From: Paragordius varius
Lineage: Eukaryota > Animalia > Nematomorpha
Length of the DNA: 64,000 bases
NCBI GenBank assembly: GCA_964247055.1
Contig: OZ176053.1
Span: 7,254,001-7,318,000 of the forward strand
Reading direction: 5' to 3'
Each line of letters begins with the position of its first letter. Within the stretch, counting starts at the first letter, position 1. The position numbers and the translations under genes are program-made. Below the pieces are notes generated by a model. That model saw only the letters and a program-made list of their open reading frames with translations. It had not been told where the DNA came from and ran no database searches. Shown here piece by piece: positions 42,101-53,900 of this stretch.

Positions 42101-42381
42101 TGATTATTTATGGCGCTAAGTGTCTCCTCTTCATCCTTCAGTGAATGATAAGTCAAAGTATGTTGTTTTTCCAAATGTTTTCGACTCCAAATAGATTTAG
42201 ATTTGTTTCTCGATTTATGCGAAAGGGTTGATTTTTTGCCCCCGCTAAGTTTAACATTGGATGTGGCGGATGTCCCATTAAATTTTTTCTTGCTTCCGAA
42301 ACCCATTTTACGATTGATAGGCTTTACATTACCAAGCAACCTATTGGTAATATAACATACATATATACAATGTCCACAATA

Positions 42382-42413
<32 letters not shown>

Positions 42414-45400
42414 TCTGATAGGAAAACTTATGGTGCTTTTGGTTTTGACCCTTATGAGTGATAATAAAGTTTGTTACACTTTTGTGGTAGAAAATGGCAA
42501 AATTTGCGCATATTTTTTGAACAGAACTTTTTGGTAAAAGCTAAATGCTTCATTTCAAATAATATCACTAATATATATCTTAGTATACATATAAAAAGCA
42601 AAACAAATTTTCTAAAAAAATTTAATTGTTAGATGTGGGCTAGAAAAATCCCATATTTTTTTATTTTCATAAAATGGGCTAGTTCTCTTAAAATAAACGC
42701 AAAAATGCCACGATGCGATGATTTTAAATATATAAGCTAAATTTTGATATCAACTAAAGATTATTTTAAATAAATGCATATCTTATTTAAAAATTTGGTT
42801 GTTTTCAAAATTTGTTGAAGCGTATATTTTACACTATTTTCAACGCTGGAAAGGATATAAAAACACTTTTACTATAAAATAAATTCGATAATGCTGAACA
42901 TTTCTATTACCTAAGATTTTCAATTAAACTATATATTCGACTTTAATTTAATGTTAAAAAAAATTGTGTTTTTTTACAAAAGTTTACCAAATTTTTAAAG
43001 TGCAAACAAACTTTTTTTTATAAATAAAACAAATTTTCGAAAAAACTGCGGTTGTATGGGTTATGTTTTCTAAAAAGGGACAAAACAAAGACGATATATT
43101 TAGAATGTGGTATTATGATAACACGTTTACCTAACGATAGATTCAATCTTAACAAAATTTTGATCTTTAAACAAGCCCTTGAAATCTTCTTCAAACAATG
43201 GAGCATCAGATTCGGCATCAGAAAGATCAGAAAATGATTTTGACGTTGCCGTGGGGGAATTGTTTATCCACAATTCTTGCACTGGACCCTGAAAGCAATG
43301 GTCTTGATGCGTTTTGTGTTTAAAGGTAAAACATTCCGTACAAAATCGAAGTGGTGTATTATCATTCAAATTTCTACATTCCAAACCAAAACAAGTAAAT
43401 TCTGCACGTGATTTCATGTTATCTTTGCAATTCTAACAATATGATAAATATAAATAAATTTAAAACTAATATGAAAATGCCATATATTACATATTTTCTA
43501 ACATAAATCATTACTATTTTTAGTTGCAAACGACCAACGTTTAAACAAGTAAGATTGGGTCACATCTGGGCAATTGTTAATTATTTAAATTTTTTATGTA
43601 AAATCACCAGCAAGTGACTTCTTTAAATTATCTTAATTTCGACCATACTGACAACTATTTTGGATTCCTACCAATGTATCAATAATACCAAAACATTACC
43701 CAACATATGGCGATTGAATCTTTCACATTTCGTGTAATATATTTTTGAGTATTAATTTTTGTCAAAAATAGTATAGTAAAAAAGGCGTGATAGGGGCGCC
43801 AAACTCTTACATAATAATATGTAAAGGGGTAGATTTCTAACCCCAGAACTAAGCAATTTTTCCATCAACTGTCAGCAATGTGCAGGCGAGTTTTGCTTTA
43901 AGTACTAATAGATTAATAATCAACCTTTGATAAAAAAGGTAAAAAGAGGTTCTAAACTGTATAATTTGTATTTTTTAGCATCAATACAGCAAAGTTAATA
44001 TTTATAAGGGATTATAATTATAAAAATATTAATTATTTTTATATGCCATACAGTCGAAACCATGATATAGGGCATATTATAACTGTCGCTTATAATATAT
44101 TAGCATTTCACATTTGTTAAAAAATATATTTATTAAAGTTTAGTTGCCAAATATAGTTTAAAGTTATACTTTCCATTCACACCGAATCGATATATGTTTC
44201 AAGGGAGAAACTAATGGTAAAAACTGTTTTTCCATTAATTTTGCATCTATGCCTTTCATTGAGGACGTTATCAAGTCGTAACATGTGGTACAAAATATTG
44301 TGGGTGGTCCTCGTTCACAATATTTTTGACTTATCAAAGGATTTATGCAAATCTTAACAAAAATAGATCAAACAGAATTATTAAACAATATAAAGTTTTT
44401 TATTAATTCCGTTGTAATTATGACCATAATGCTACCTGGGTTCCTGAAAAGTTTTTCAGCTCTGCACATTTGATATTTTGACATTTGGGCCTTCCCCACG
44501 CTTATGCAAAAATACATTATAATTTTACTAAAATATATATTTTTTAAAAAGAATCAAAGAATCCGTGATATATAGCATCCCCTCCCCCCTTATAGTTAGT
44601 TTTTAGGCGTCAATAAAATAACAGGCTTATGCTATCTATCATGCAAATTTATATAAAATCCTAGGTTTAACGTTATAATCTGTGAGGATTGAGTAATGGC
44701 ATAAATATACTAGTAGATAAGTACTTTGGAGACTTATGATAACCCAAAAATAAAATCTTGTAAATTTTGCAAATAATTATATCAATAGTTTTTTGGAAAA
44801 AATTTCAAAAAACAATTTCAAAATCCCTTAAAAAACGGTCATAATGCACAACATAAGCCATGTATTCCTTTAATAGGCGTCAGTATGGGGAGGTTAGTTT
44901 CATAAAATTATTCATTATAAACTATGTTATTTGATGCAGGTTCTTTAAATCATAGATAACACCGAATTAAAAACTTACATATAAATTTGGATTTTCGATC
45001 AGACGGGTTAGGGTTTAGCGAGGGCCAATACGTAAATAATAATTTTGCACAAGTGTAATGCGCATTTTCGTTTCCATACGCTATAACTGATATCAAGTCC
45101 TAAACAATTTTCGACGATGAATGAAAAAAATATATGAAAGTTTAAAATTAATTTGGTTTTCATACTTTTTAACATGCCAAAATCCAACATATACTTTCAA
45201 AATTTTAACATATATCTTTTAATTTAGCAGGTCAAAATTAATGTATAGCAAATAATAATTATTGCAGAAATAAGAAAGAAAATCGGCATTATTAAACTCT
45301 TGTCGGAAAAGTTACAAAACCAAAAAACGGTTCCGATAAATAATTGTTAAATTTTTTTTATTATCCAAAATTTTTTAATTTTAATGTCATGGTAGTTTTT

Positions 45401-47482
45401 AAATTTATTAAATAAATTAGGGACAATATATTTTCTTAGATCATAAGCCTATATTGAGTCTCTGTACCAAGGCCAAGGCGAGGTCCAGCATCCAGCGGCC
45501 CTCAAAAAAACTGGATATCCATAATTTGTAAAATGCTCATAAAATTTAGTAAAATCAACATTTCAAAAATATGTTTTCTAATTTAGTTTATTCAATTCGC
45601 AAGAATAGAAAAAAATGTTTTATTTGTCTGCATTTCTCAGTCTCTAATTATATAAATGTCTATATTTTTATTTTAAATGCGGCCCGCCGTTTTCTTAAAA
45701 TATTTCGCTCGCGAAGACATTTGCGTTGGGCCCCGTTTTATACTATATCAAAATAATAGACAAATTATAAACTATAAAAAAATAACCATTTGACCAAAAA
45801 AATAATGGAACCGAAACAGTAACTATTTTGGCTAAAATACTGAAATCGAGACCAAAATTTTTTGTCAAAATAAATCTTTAAAATCGAAACCGAGGTCATT
45901 GGGTCAAAAAAGCGCTTTATAAAAATATTGGTAGGAGTGTTTGGAACCAGAAGCAGTAACAAAAAAATTGACCTACCACCATAACCATAGTATATAATAT
46001 ATGAAGTGTAAATGTCAATAAAATCAGAAAATATATACTTTTGTAACATTATATTGTTATTCTATTAGGCAAAAAAGCAAGAAATTATCACTAGAAACTT
46101 TTTAAACCACTTAAATTAATGGGGAAAAAATAATTTAAAAATATGTAAAAATATTTTAATTTAAATCACACAGCTTAAACCACGATTTTATGCATGCAAA
46201 TTACAGTGTCACGAAAGTATTCTTACCAATTTTAAACATATATTGTGGTAAATAAACTTTTTGTTTTTACACCCACACAATATATTTTTAATTTTAGGGC
46301 CCTAATTCTGAGAAAATAATTAGAATGTTAATTAATATAATGTTAAACTAATATATATTTTATATGATAATTTCTTGGTCATCATTTTATATTTAGCAAA
46401 ACAACAATATATATAAATATATACTATTTTAATTATACTGACGACAAAATATATACTACTTAAATACAAATGCATCAAATAAAACACAGAAAATTCCATT
46501 GATCACATTACACATAACTGAATCAATATTTCAAAGAAAATCATATATAACCAACAAAGGAATATATTATAAATTTTTGATGTAATAATTTTAATAAGAA
46601 TAATAAATCAATAATTATGTACATGCAATAGATATATTCATTTTCCGGAGGGATAACAGCGTGCACAACATAAAAGGCATGCATCATCATCTTACAAAAA
46701 CTAAACACTTAAACGCCTTGTGTAGAAATTGTTATACTTCGTAAAAATTAAGTTTATAAGCCATAAATGTTTCACACAATTGTGCTTGATAAGCTATAAA
46801 AAAAACATTGTTAAATAAAATTTTAAACCTTTTTCTTGCATATTATTGAAAGCGTTTGATAAAATGGATGGAACAGCAAAATAGGCATAATTAATATTGG
46901 AATCATCTATGTGATTGTTAAAATTTCAAAAAGCATACTATATACAACTGGGATTATTTTGTAGGTTAAGATGTCCAAAATTTCTTTGTAAAAAATATGA
47001 GGTAAAACCAAAAACAAATTTGACAGTTTAAAGGGGAGTTCTTGTAAATTTTCATAATCCATAAAAATGTAGGAGGTTTCATAAGCAGTAATAATTATTT
47101 TGGCCAGAGCTATATATTATCAAAAAGGCATTACCATATTCATTGTCATTAATATAGGGAAATGTTACAACTATTTTGTCCAAAATATTAGAGAACTGGG
47201 GATAATTTAAATTAGGGAAAACCGATATTCTATCGGTACTTCTTTGCAGATTAAACATATCAAACGTAATTTCATTACAATCCTTGAGAATGCTGATATA
47301 AAAAAAATAAATTATACTTATCAAATGTCAATATAAAATATTTAAGCCCGTTAGCCAACTCAACCCCACTAGGTATGGGTACCACATTGTGAATCACTCG
47401 ATTACAAAGTGCATCCAAATTGTTTAATTTGGAGTTGACTAGAATTAAAATCAAATTTACAAGATATATATTTTGTTCCCAT
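22578..47482 (-). CDS. UNC79: Protein unc-79 homolog (NALCN channel complex subunit), multi-exon, about 25 kb; internal exon structure only partly resolved
   Basis: The spliced N-terminus MGTKYIS|FNSKLNNLDALCNRVIHNVVPIPSGVELANGLKYF matches UNC79 (MSTKAEQFASKI...HNIYPVPSGTDIANTLKYF). Internal matches: EEFGRLLAALFQWFDSTAY, EAGLFRLFCLIPYDLI..MPQWMQAL, MVKMGIAQIIAWELSK, IREFNDINTNIRLCSWTLLGTL, MVSLHLLSIIETLQEINSS. The last exon 22757-22578 ends FLEWITKLQFKLSKMEVQSTMAIHIYTI*. Confidence 0.95.
32217..33689 (-). mobile_element. 5'-truncated RTE-clade non-LTR retrotransposon (family A) in a UNC79 intron, sense orientation
   Basis: An uninterrupted frame from DWEKSIIFPIFKNKGD through RT motifs (FVDLEKAYD, GLHQGSVLSPLLF, LYADDL) to GRPKLTWS...HGNPRYPGT*, followed by an (ATGG/ATGA)n tail. 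No clear TSD. Confidence 0.95.
33806..34075. mobile_element. Degenerate MITE (GCGGCCCGC-type, hAT-like); related copy at about 45465-45740
   Basis: Both loci share GCGGCC(C/G), TGGA(A/T)ATCCATAATTTG(C/T)AAAAT and AAGACATTTG motifs in otherwise AT-rich intron DNA. Confidence 0.5.
34578..34613. repeat. (TA)n microsatellite; others at about 1460, 6750, 23860, 35400, 39090, 42390 and 59277
   Basis: Read directly from the sequence. Confidence 0.95.
39127..39360. mobile_element. TA-target MITE (Tc1/mariner-like), 234 bp
   Basis: TIRs CAATTCATATTCACCCT ... AGGGTGAATCTGAATTG flanked by TA (39125-39126, 39361-39362), with internal repeated AGGGTG(AA) motifs, next to a (TA)n tract. Confidence 0.7.
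45465..45740. mobile_element. Degenerate MITE, same family as 33806-34075
   Basis: Shared motifs GCGGCCC, GGATATCCATAATTTGTAAAAT and AAGACATTTG. Confidence 0.45.
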
Positions 47483-47495
47483 CAAAACTTATGCC

Positions 47496-49402
47496 ATGAG
47501 TTTTCGCATGCGTTCTTTTTATCATGCCTCCGTTTCAAAAAATTTCAAGGAGTTTGGCAAAATAAGAATAAAAAATTATTCTACAAATGGTGGATGTCTG
47601 GAAAATATTCAGCAAATAGTCGGATATAATCCGTCTTTTTTGAGTTTGAGAAATTTGTTCAATGATGAGATATCAAATATGGCTCAAAATTTGGCAAAAA
47701 TTATTGATAGTAAGCATCCTCTGATTCAAAATACCAAGTTTTACCATTAAATAATTTATAGAAATTTAATATATGAAAATAATTTTGTTCAACTTCATGG
47801 TATATCTATTCTTCTCTTTGCCAAATTATTTGGTATCCCTTTGACCGAAAAATACAATTACAAAATGTCAGAAAAGCAGCACGGAATATCCTCAACGTAT
47901 GAACTAGTATCTAAAGTTTTTAGGCAAAGGAGTTTATCAGAAGTTTCTCAATTAATATACATGTCAAATAAAATTCAACAAAATATAATGGAATTCGACG
48001 TTAATAAAGCGCCCGAGGATTCTATCATAACTGGTAATAATTTAGCCATTTTAAGCGGGGATTATTTATTAGCAAATGCGTCACAAAGTTTGGCCAAATT
48101 GGGAAATACTAAAGTAAATCTATAATTTTAATTCTTAAAACAATTTATCACTTAATTTTATTCCATTTTGACTTTATGAATATTATATGATACTTTTATA
48201 GGGTGTTTCTCCAAAGATTAATATGTAATTGAAATAATTTATTTGTACTTTTTAAATAGTATTTTACTATATTATTATACACATAAAGTTTTTTGACCTT
48301 CAGATATTTTTAAATCCAACAGGTAATTAATTATTTTCAGATATTCGGAATGTCAATTATCTCCAAAATAATAAATATACATTACTTTCATGAATACTTA
48401 CGCAAAATATTAAAATGATGTTTTTTATTCAGATAGATATTTTTTAAATATTAAATAATAATCCTTCCGCATAGTCAACCTCATCCCATAACAATTAGTT
48501 TTAAGCGTTATTTAGTGTATATAATATAAAAAATATTAATTGAATGGTTATATTAGGTCGTGGAGTTAATGTCTCAAGCCATTGCTGATATGATGATTTC
48601 CGAATTGCTCTTGTATGAAGATCCAACTCCTATTTCCGGAAATAATCTTACTGATAATAAAAGCGTTGTGCCATCCCATCTTTTAGCTTATAGTGCAAAA
48701 TCTGCCCTCCTTTTAGTCAATCACGATGAACATAGTCAAGCCATAGTTTTTGATTTAGGCAATCGTTTGGGATGTGCTCTAGAAGTTTTTTAAACATTTT
48801 TTGATCCATTTTAAAAAAAAAAAATGCAGTTAGAAATTTTTTAACCAGATAATTTACATTTTTTTGCCCAAGTTTTTATAATGAAATTATTTAAACATAG
48901 GACGGTTTTTTAAAAAATAGCTGTTGATGTTGTTTAAAAGGATAAAAAAATGTATATATAATATAAAGAGGATTATCCTCATAATTATAAATTGAAACAT
49001 AATAATTATTTTATGGTTCTTATAAAAACCATGATGAAAAAATATTTCGAAAGAGCACACGTTTTTTGATGTTATAATAGAAAGAATATGGTGCCGGTTT
49101 TTAACCCTAACAATTTTTTTATTTTTAAGCCAACTATCTCACAAATTAATTTAAGTTTGTATTTTCCATTTTCTATTTATATATGTTTATTGCATATAAA
49201 GGACCTTTACCGAATCAAAGAATTGTCAAGTAGAGATAATGAAAAATCTGAACCCGATTTGAAGAATATGCATGATTTAAAGGACAAATGCAAAAATGAA
49301 TGCTTAAATATTATAAATAGTTTAGAAAATTTGAATAATGTTAATATCGATTCCAAAATAAGTTTTATTTCATTGATAAAATCATTAGCCAAACATTTGT
49401 AA
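47496..49402 (+). CDS. PDSS2: All-trans-decaprenyl-diphosphate synthase subunit 2 (PDSS2/DLP1), 4 exons, about 340 aa
   Basis: Exons 47496-47737, 47762-48113, 48557-48784, 49202-49402 (1023 nt, in frame). Motifs [76 protein letters not shown]. Basic mitochondrial-type presequence. Confidence 0.92.
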
Positions 49403-49829
49403 ATATTGTAAATAAACACATAATTTTATTATTTCCTATTTTTTTCCTAAGTTTATAAATGATTTCATATTCATTTATATACTTATCCATTAACTTATCG
49501 ACACTTAGGCATAATATTTATTGAGCAAAGTATCATAATGAGCTTTGAATTTTTCACCCAATACTTGATCATAACAAAAAATATCATAGTGTTAAAAATG
49601 ACATCTTAATTAAATTTATGAAAATAAATAATTGAGTTGCATTTTAAAAATTTAATAAACTGTAACATAGCTGAATTGAACAAAAAAAGAACAAATTAAC
49701 ATTGCCTAATTTTTGAGCGACGAATTGACAAGTAGTGGGCGTTAGACAAAACCTTAATTTTATTTTGTTCATACACCATATAAAACCGTCATTCTTTCAC
49801 TGGATATCAATTATATTATTTGTAAACAT

Positions 49830-50931
49830 CATCCATTCTTCCGTTTTAGGTCCCAGGGTATCTGGGGTTACCATGCACTAATTTTATGAACAATGTTCTA
49901 TCAAAGACTTGTTCATGTTCAATATTGAATTTAAGATATCTTGGGTCAGCTGTTGTTTCCCCATGTGAGTTAGGGCGGCCTTTTCTGTTTGGCCCGGGTA
50001 TGTTTAAATGTTGTTTTTTTTACCCAATTATCGGAATTCATACGTTGAATATGCCCGTAATATCGCAATCGGTAGCTCTGAATGAACAGAGATATGGGTT
50101 CTATTTCTTTTATGGTATTATCAAGTATATTGTTGCAGATTTTTAGCATGTAATTTTCGGCCCTAGTAAATCTATATAAGTCTGTTGCTATAATCAATGC
50201 ATAAACCTGCAGAAACTATTTCAATACTCGAAAATAAATATTTAACGTGGTGAAAACAATTACAAAAACACATCTTAGGATCAATAACAAACACAAAATT
50301 CTAATCAAGGAGAGGAACATAAAACTATCTAGTTCCATGCCCAGTGTGCACCAATGAAGTAAAACTAAACTCAATTTGTTGTGCAAAATGCAGGAATTGG
50401 GTCAAAAATGTTCCAAAATGAATGGAAAAATAATTAATAATAATAATTTTATCTGCAGATAAGGTGCTTTATCGATACCACCTCCAATATCTAATCTACT
50501 TAAATCTTTAATGGAGACAAACTGAAATCGAAACATCTTTTCCATATCTGGGCGATTATATAGCATGGGCTAAATTCAATCAATTAAAATATATTTTAAC
50601 TAATAAAAATATCAAATCGAATCACAAGATAAAAATTTACAAAATGGGAATAAGACCAGCTATGACAAACGCTACAGAAACCTTGGCGCTTACATCAACA
50701 GAATTAAATAGACTTACTAGAGCTGAAAATCACATGCTAAAAATCTTCAACAATAATCTTGATAATACCATAAAAGAAGTAGAACCCATATCTCTGTCCA
50801 TTCAGCGCAACCAATTGTGCGATATTACGGGCATATTTAACGTATGAATTCCGATAATTGGGTACAAAAAATGCAACATTTAAACATACCCGGCCCTAAC
50901 AGAAAAGGCCGCCCTAAACTCCTATGGTCCA
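49830..50931. mobile_element. Degenerate family A RTE copy with an internal inversion: minus-strand 3' end (49830-50189) joined to a plus-strand segment (50190-50931)
   Basis: Both arms align by eye to the 32217-33689 copy (GGTCCCAGGGTATCTGGGGT; GRPKL; ATETLALT) and carry frameshifts and small deletions. Confidence 0.9.
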
Positions 50932-50933
50932 TA
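50919..50933. repeat. Target-site duplication of RTE family B, 3' copy: CTCCTATGGTCCATA (5' copy at 55455-55469)
   Basis: An exact 15-bp direct repeat; flanking bases differ on both sides. Confidence 0.95.
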
Positions 50934-53900
50934 CTTGATACTTGATGGCTTTTTGACTTCATCTTTGAAGGTTTCCGTGAACGGTCTTATTCCAAAGGTC
51001 CTTATCTAGGCATTTGGTAATGTCGAGGTTTAGTATTTTTATGTCATTTTTAATGTCGCTCCAGGAATGTGTTGGGCGCCCTTTGCGGTTGTTTCCAAAG
51101 GGTTGTATGTGCTTAATGGTTTGGAGTGGGTGGTCGGTTTGTCTTCTTTCAATGTGACCCAAGTATTTAAGCCTGCTTCTTTGTATAAACTTTTCTACTG
51201 TGTCATTTTTGTGTTTAAGATGAATATTGTAGTCAGAACAACAAGCTTTAATTATTTTGTTTTCCGTATTTATCATTTTGTCAAGATTTGTTTTATTTAG
51301 GGGCCATGTTTCGGTGGCGTAAGTAAGAGCTGGCCTGACACCTGCTTTGTATATTAGCCATTTATTATTGTTAGATACATTTTTATTTTTAAGGACAAAT
51401 TTTAGGGAGTTGACTTTACCCCATGCTTGTTGGATTCGTTTCTGTATTGATCCAGTTATATGGCCTTTAAAGTCTATGACGTCTCCTAGGTATGTAAACT
51501 GGTCTACTTTTTCTATTGAGTTTTCGTCGATTGTCATATATGTCGAGCGTGTTTGAGTTGTATTATTGGTTTTACAGTTATTACATTTAAAATTTATTTG
51601 TTCGTTGAGGTTGCCGGTGATTTTGGAGCATTTTTTGTGAACCCAGAATTTGCATTTGTTGCATTTTATTGAATTTGTTTTGACTTCTTTGTCGCAGATA
51701 GCGCATGGATATTTGGGGCGCTGCGTTCTCCTGATATCATTATTTTTGTTTTATTAATATTTATTTTCAGCCCATGGTTCTCTAGACAGATTTTCCATGT
51801 TCTGAATTTGTTTGACATATTTTCCATTGAAGTATCTGTTAGAACAATATCATCCGCGAAGATTAACTCCCAGGGCGGTTGGGTAGATATGTTTTTTGTG
51901 ATACAATCTAATATTATAATGAATAGTAATGGACTAAGTACACACCCTTCGTGTAGGCCAGTGTTTGTCTTGAAAAGTTCCGTGTCTCCTATTTGCGTGC
52001 GTACCATTGTAGTTGTATTTTCATAAAGGAGTAATATTATTTCTATTAAATATTCTTCGATGTAATTTTGTATTAGGGCCCATTTGATTGTTGCCCTAGG
52101 GATATTATCAAAAGCTTTCTCCAGGTCTAGAAATATGTGGAAAGGTTTTTGATTTTATGAAAGGTATTTTTCCTGTAGTTGCCTGATTATGAAGATGGCA
52201 TCTGTAGTGCTGTATTCTTTACGAAATACAAACTAATTATTTGTTATTGTAATGGTTTGTCTAAGGCGGTTGTCAATGATGCTTTCAAATATTTTGAAAG
52301 TGTGTTCTAAAAGTTTTAAGGGGCGGTATGAGGAGCAGACGAGACGATCCCCCTTATTTTTATATATAGGGATCGTTATACTTTTATTCCAATCATGGGG
52401 AATTTCACGTTTGGTAAGAATTTCATTAAAAAAAGTTGTAAGGTAGGATGTTAAGCATGGTATTGGTATAAGCAGATCGATTGATAGTTCGCTGGCAACT
52501 GACGACTTGTTTGGCTTCATTTTTTGTATTGCTTTTATTATTTCATTTTCTGTGATTTCGTGGATGGGTCCGCTTGTGGGTGGTTTTAGTGTTAGAGGGA
52601 TTTTTAAATTGTTGGTTTGGTTCATTGATTCTTCCAAGCTTTCTTTCCATATCTTAATTACTTATTTCTGGGTTAGAGATTATTTCATTCATATTGTTTT
52701 TTATACATTTGGTTTTGATGATGTCTTGTTTGTTTGAGTTTATATTCTTTATGTATTTAAAGATTTTTTTTAACCTGGTCCTCTAGTTTAGGCCGGTTTT
52801 AAGCAATTTTTATTTATAGTTTTTCTAATTTCTTTCTGCGCTTTGTGTTTTGCGTTCAGATATGTTTGTCTGTTTTTATCATTGCTATCCCTTTTCCATG
52901 CTTTGAAGGCGTCGTTTTTTTCTTTGGTAACCTCTTTTAATTCCTTTTTCCACCACCAATTTTTCTTTTTTTTATTGTATGTTTTGCATCTCCCACAAAT
53001 ATTATCTGCTGTTTTAACTATTGTTTTTAGGTTATCCCATTTTGAACCAATGGATTCACTGTTTTGCTGGAGCTTTTCGGATGCCTGGTTGATGTATTTG
53101 TTCCTGATTGTCTGATTTTGTAGTTTATTGTGGTTGATTTTGGCAGGTCTTTGGTATAAGGGTTTATTTTTTAGTTTTTTCAAGACAGCAATCACTATTT
53201 TGTGTTGAGTGAAGCTTGTTTGATGGGTTTTAATGTTAAGTAATTGTGGCCGTTTTATTTTAGGTAAAAGGATATATTCTATCATGGTAGATGAGTTTGC
53301 TGTTTGAAAAGTGGTAAGTTGAGTGTGGTTTTTTGTGAAGTGGGTGTTGGCTATGATTAGTTGGTTTGCTTGGTAATATTCTAACATCTGTTATCCCATT
53401 TTGTCAGTACTGCCATAGCCGTTTCCGCCATGGACTTCTCTGAAATCGTGTTCATTATTACTAATGTGACTAATAGAGTCACCTCCTAAGAAGATGGATT
53501 CCTTGCCTGGTATTGTATTTGTTAGATCTTGGAGTTCCGTCCAAAATTGTTGTTTAATTCGTCTTTTAAACCTGGTTGGGGCGCATATATCGATATTATA
53601 TTTAGGATGTCATCGTGCACAACCTTAAGCTGTATAATTCTTTCATTGTGTCTCGTTACTTGGATAACGTTTTCGCGAAGACAATTTTTAATCGCTATCG
53701 CTACACCAGCCTGACCATTTTCTTGTCCTTGATAATAAAGTGTTTAATTGTTCGTGGTAATTAAGTTGTCTCCTTTTAATCTGGTTTCTTGTAAGCAGCA
53801 GATGTCAACATTCTTAGATTCGAGATAATTAATTATCATGTGTAGTTTTCCATTTAAAGTACCGATGTTCCAGGTAGCAAATTTAAATGTGTTGAGATTA

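Noticed and set aside
44069-44090. pogo/Tigger-like terminus TACAGTCGAAACC
   Set aside because: No matching second end or transposase was found, so it is too weak to call an element.
47420-47629. Plus-strand ORF MFNLELTRIK... spanning both start codons
   Set aside because: TTG start, no homology recognised, and explained by the UNC79 and PDSS2 exons.
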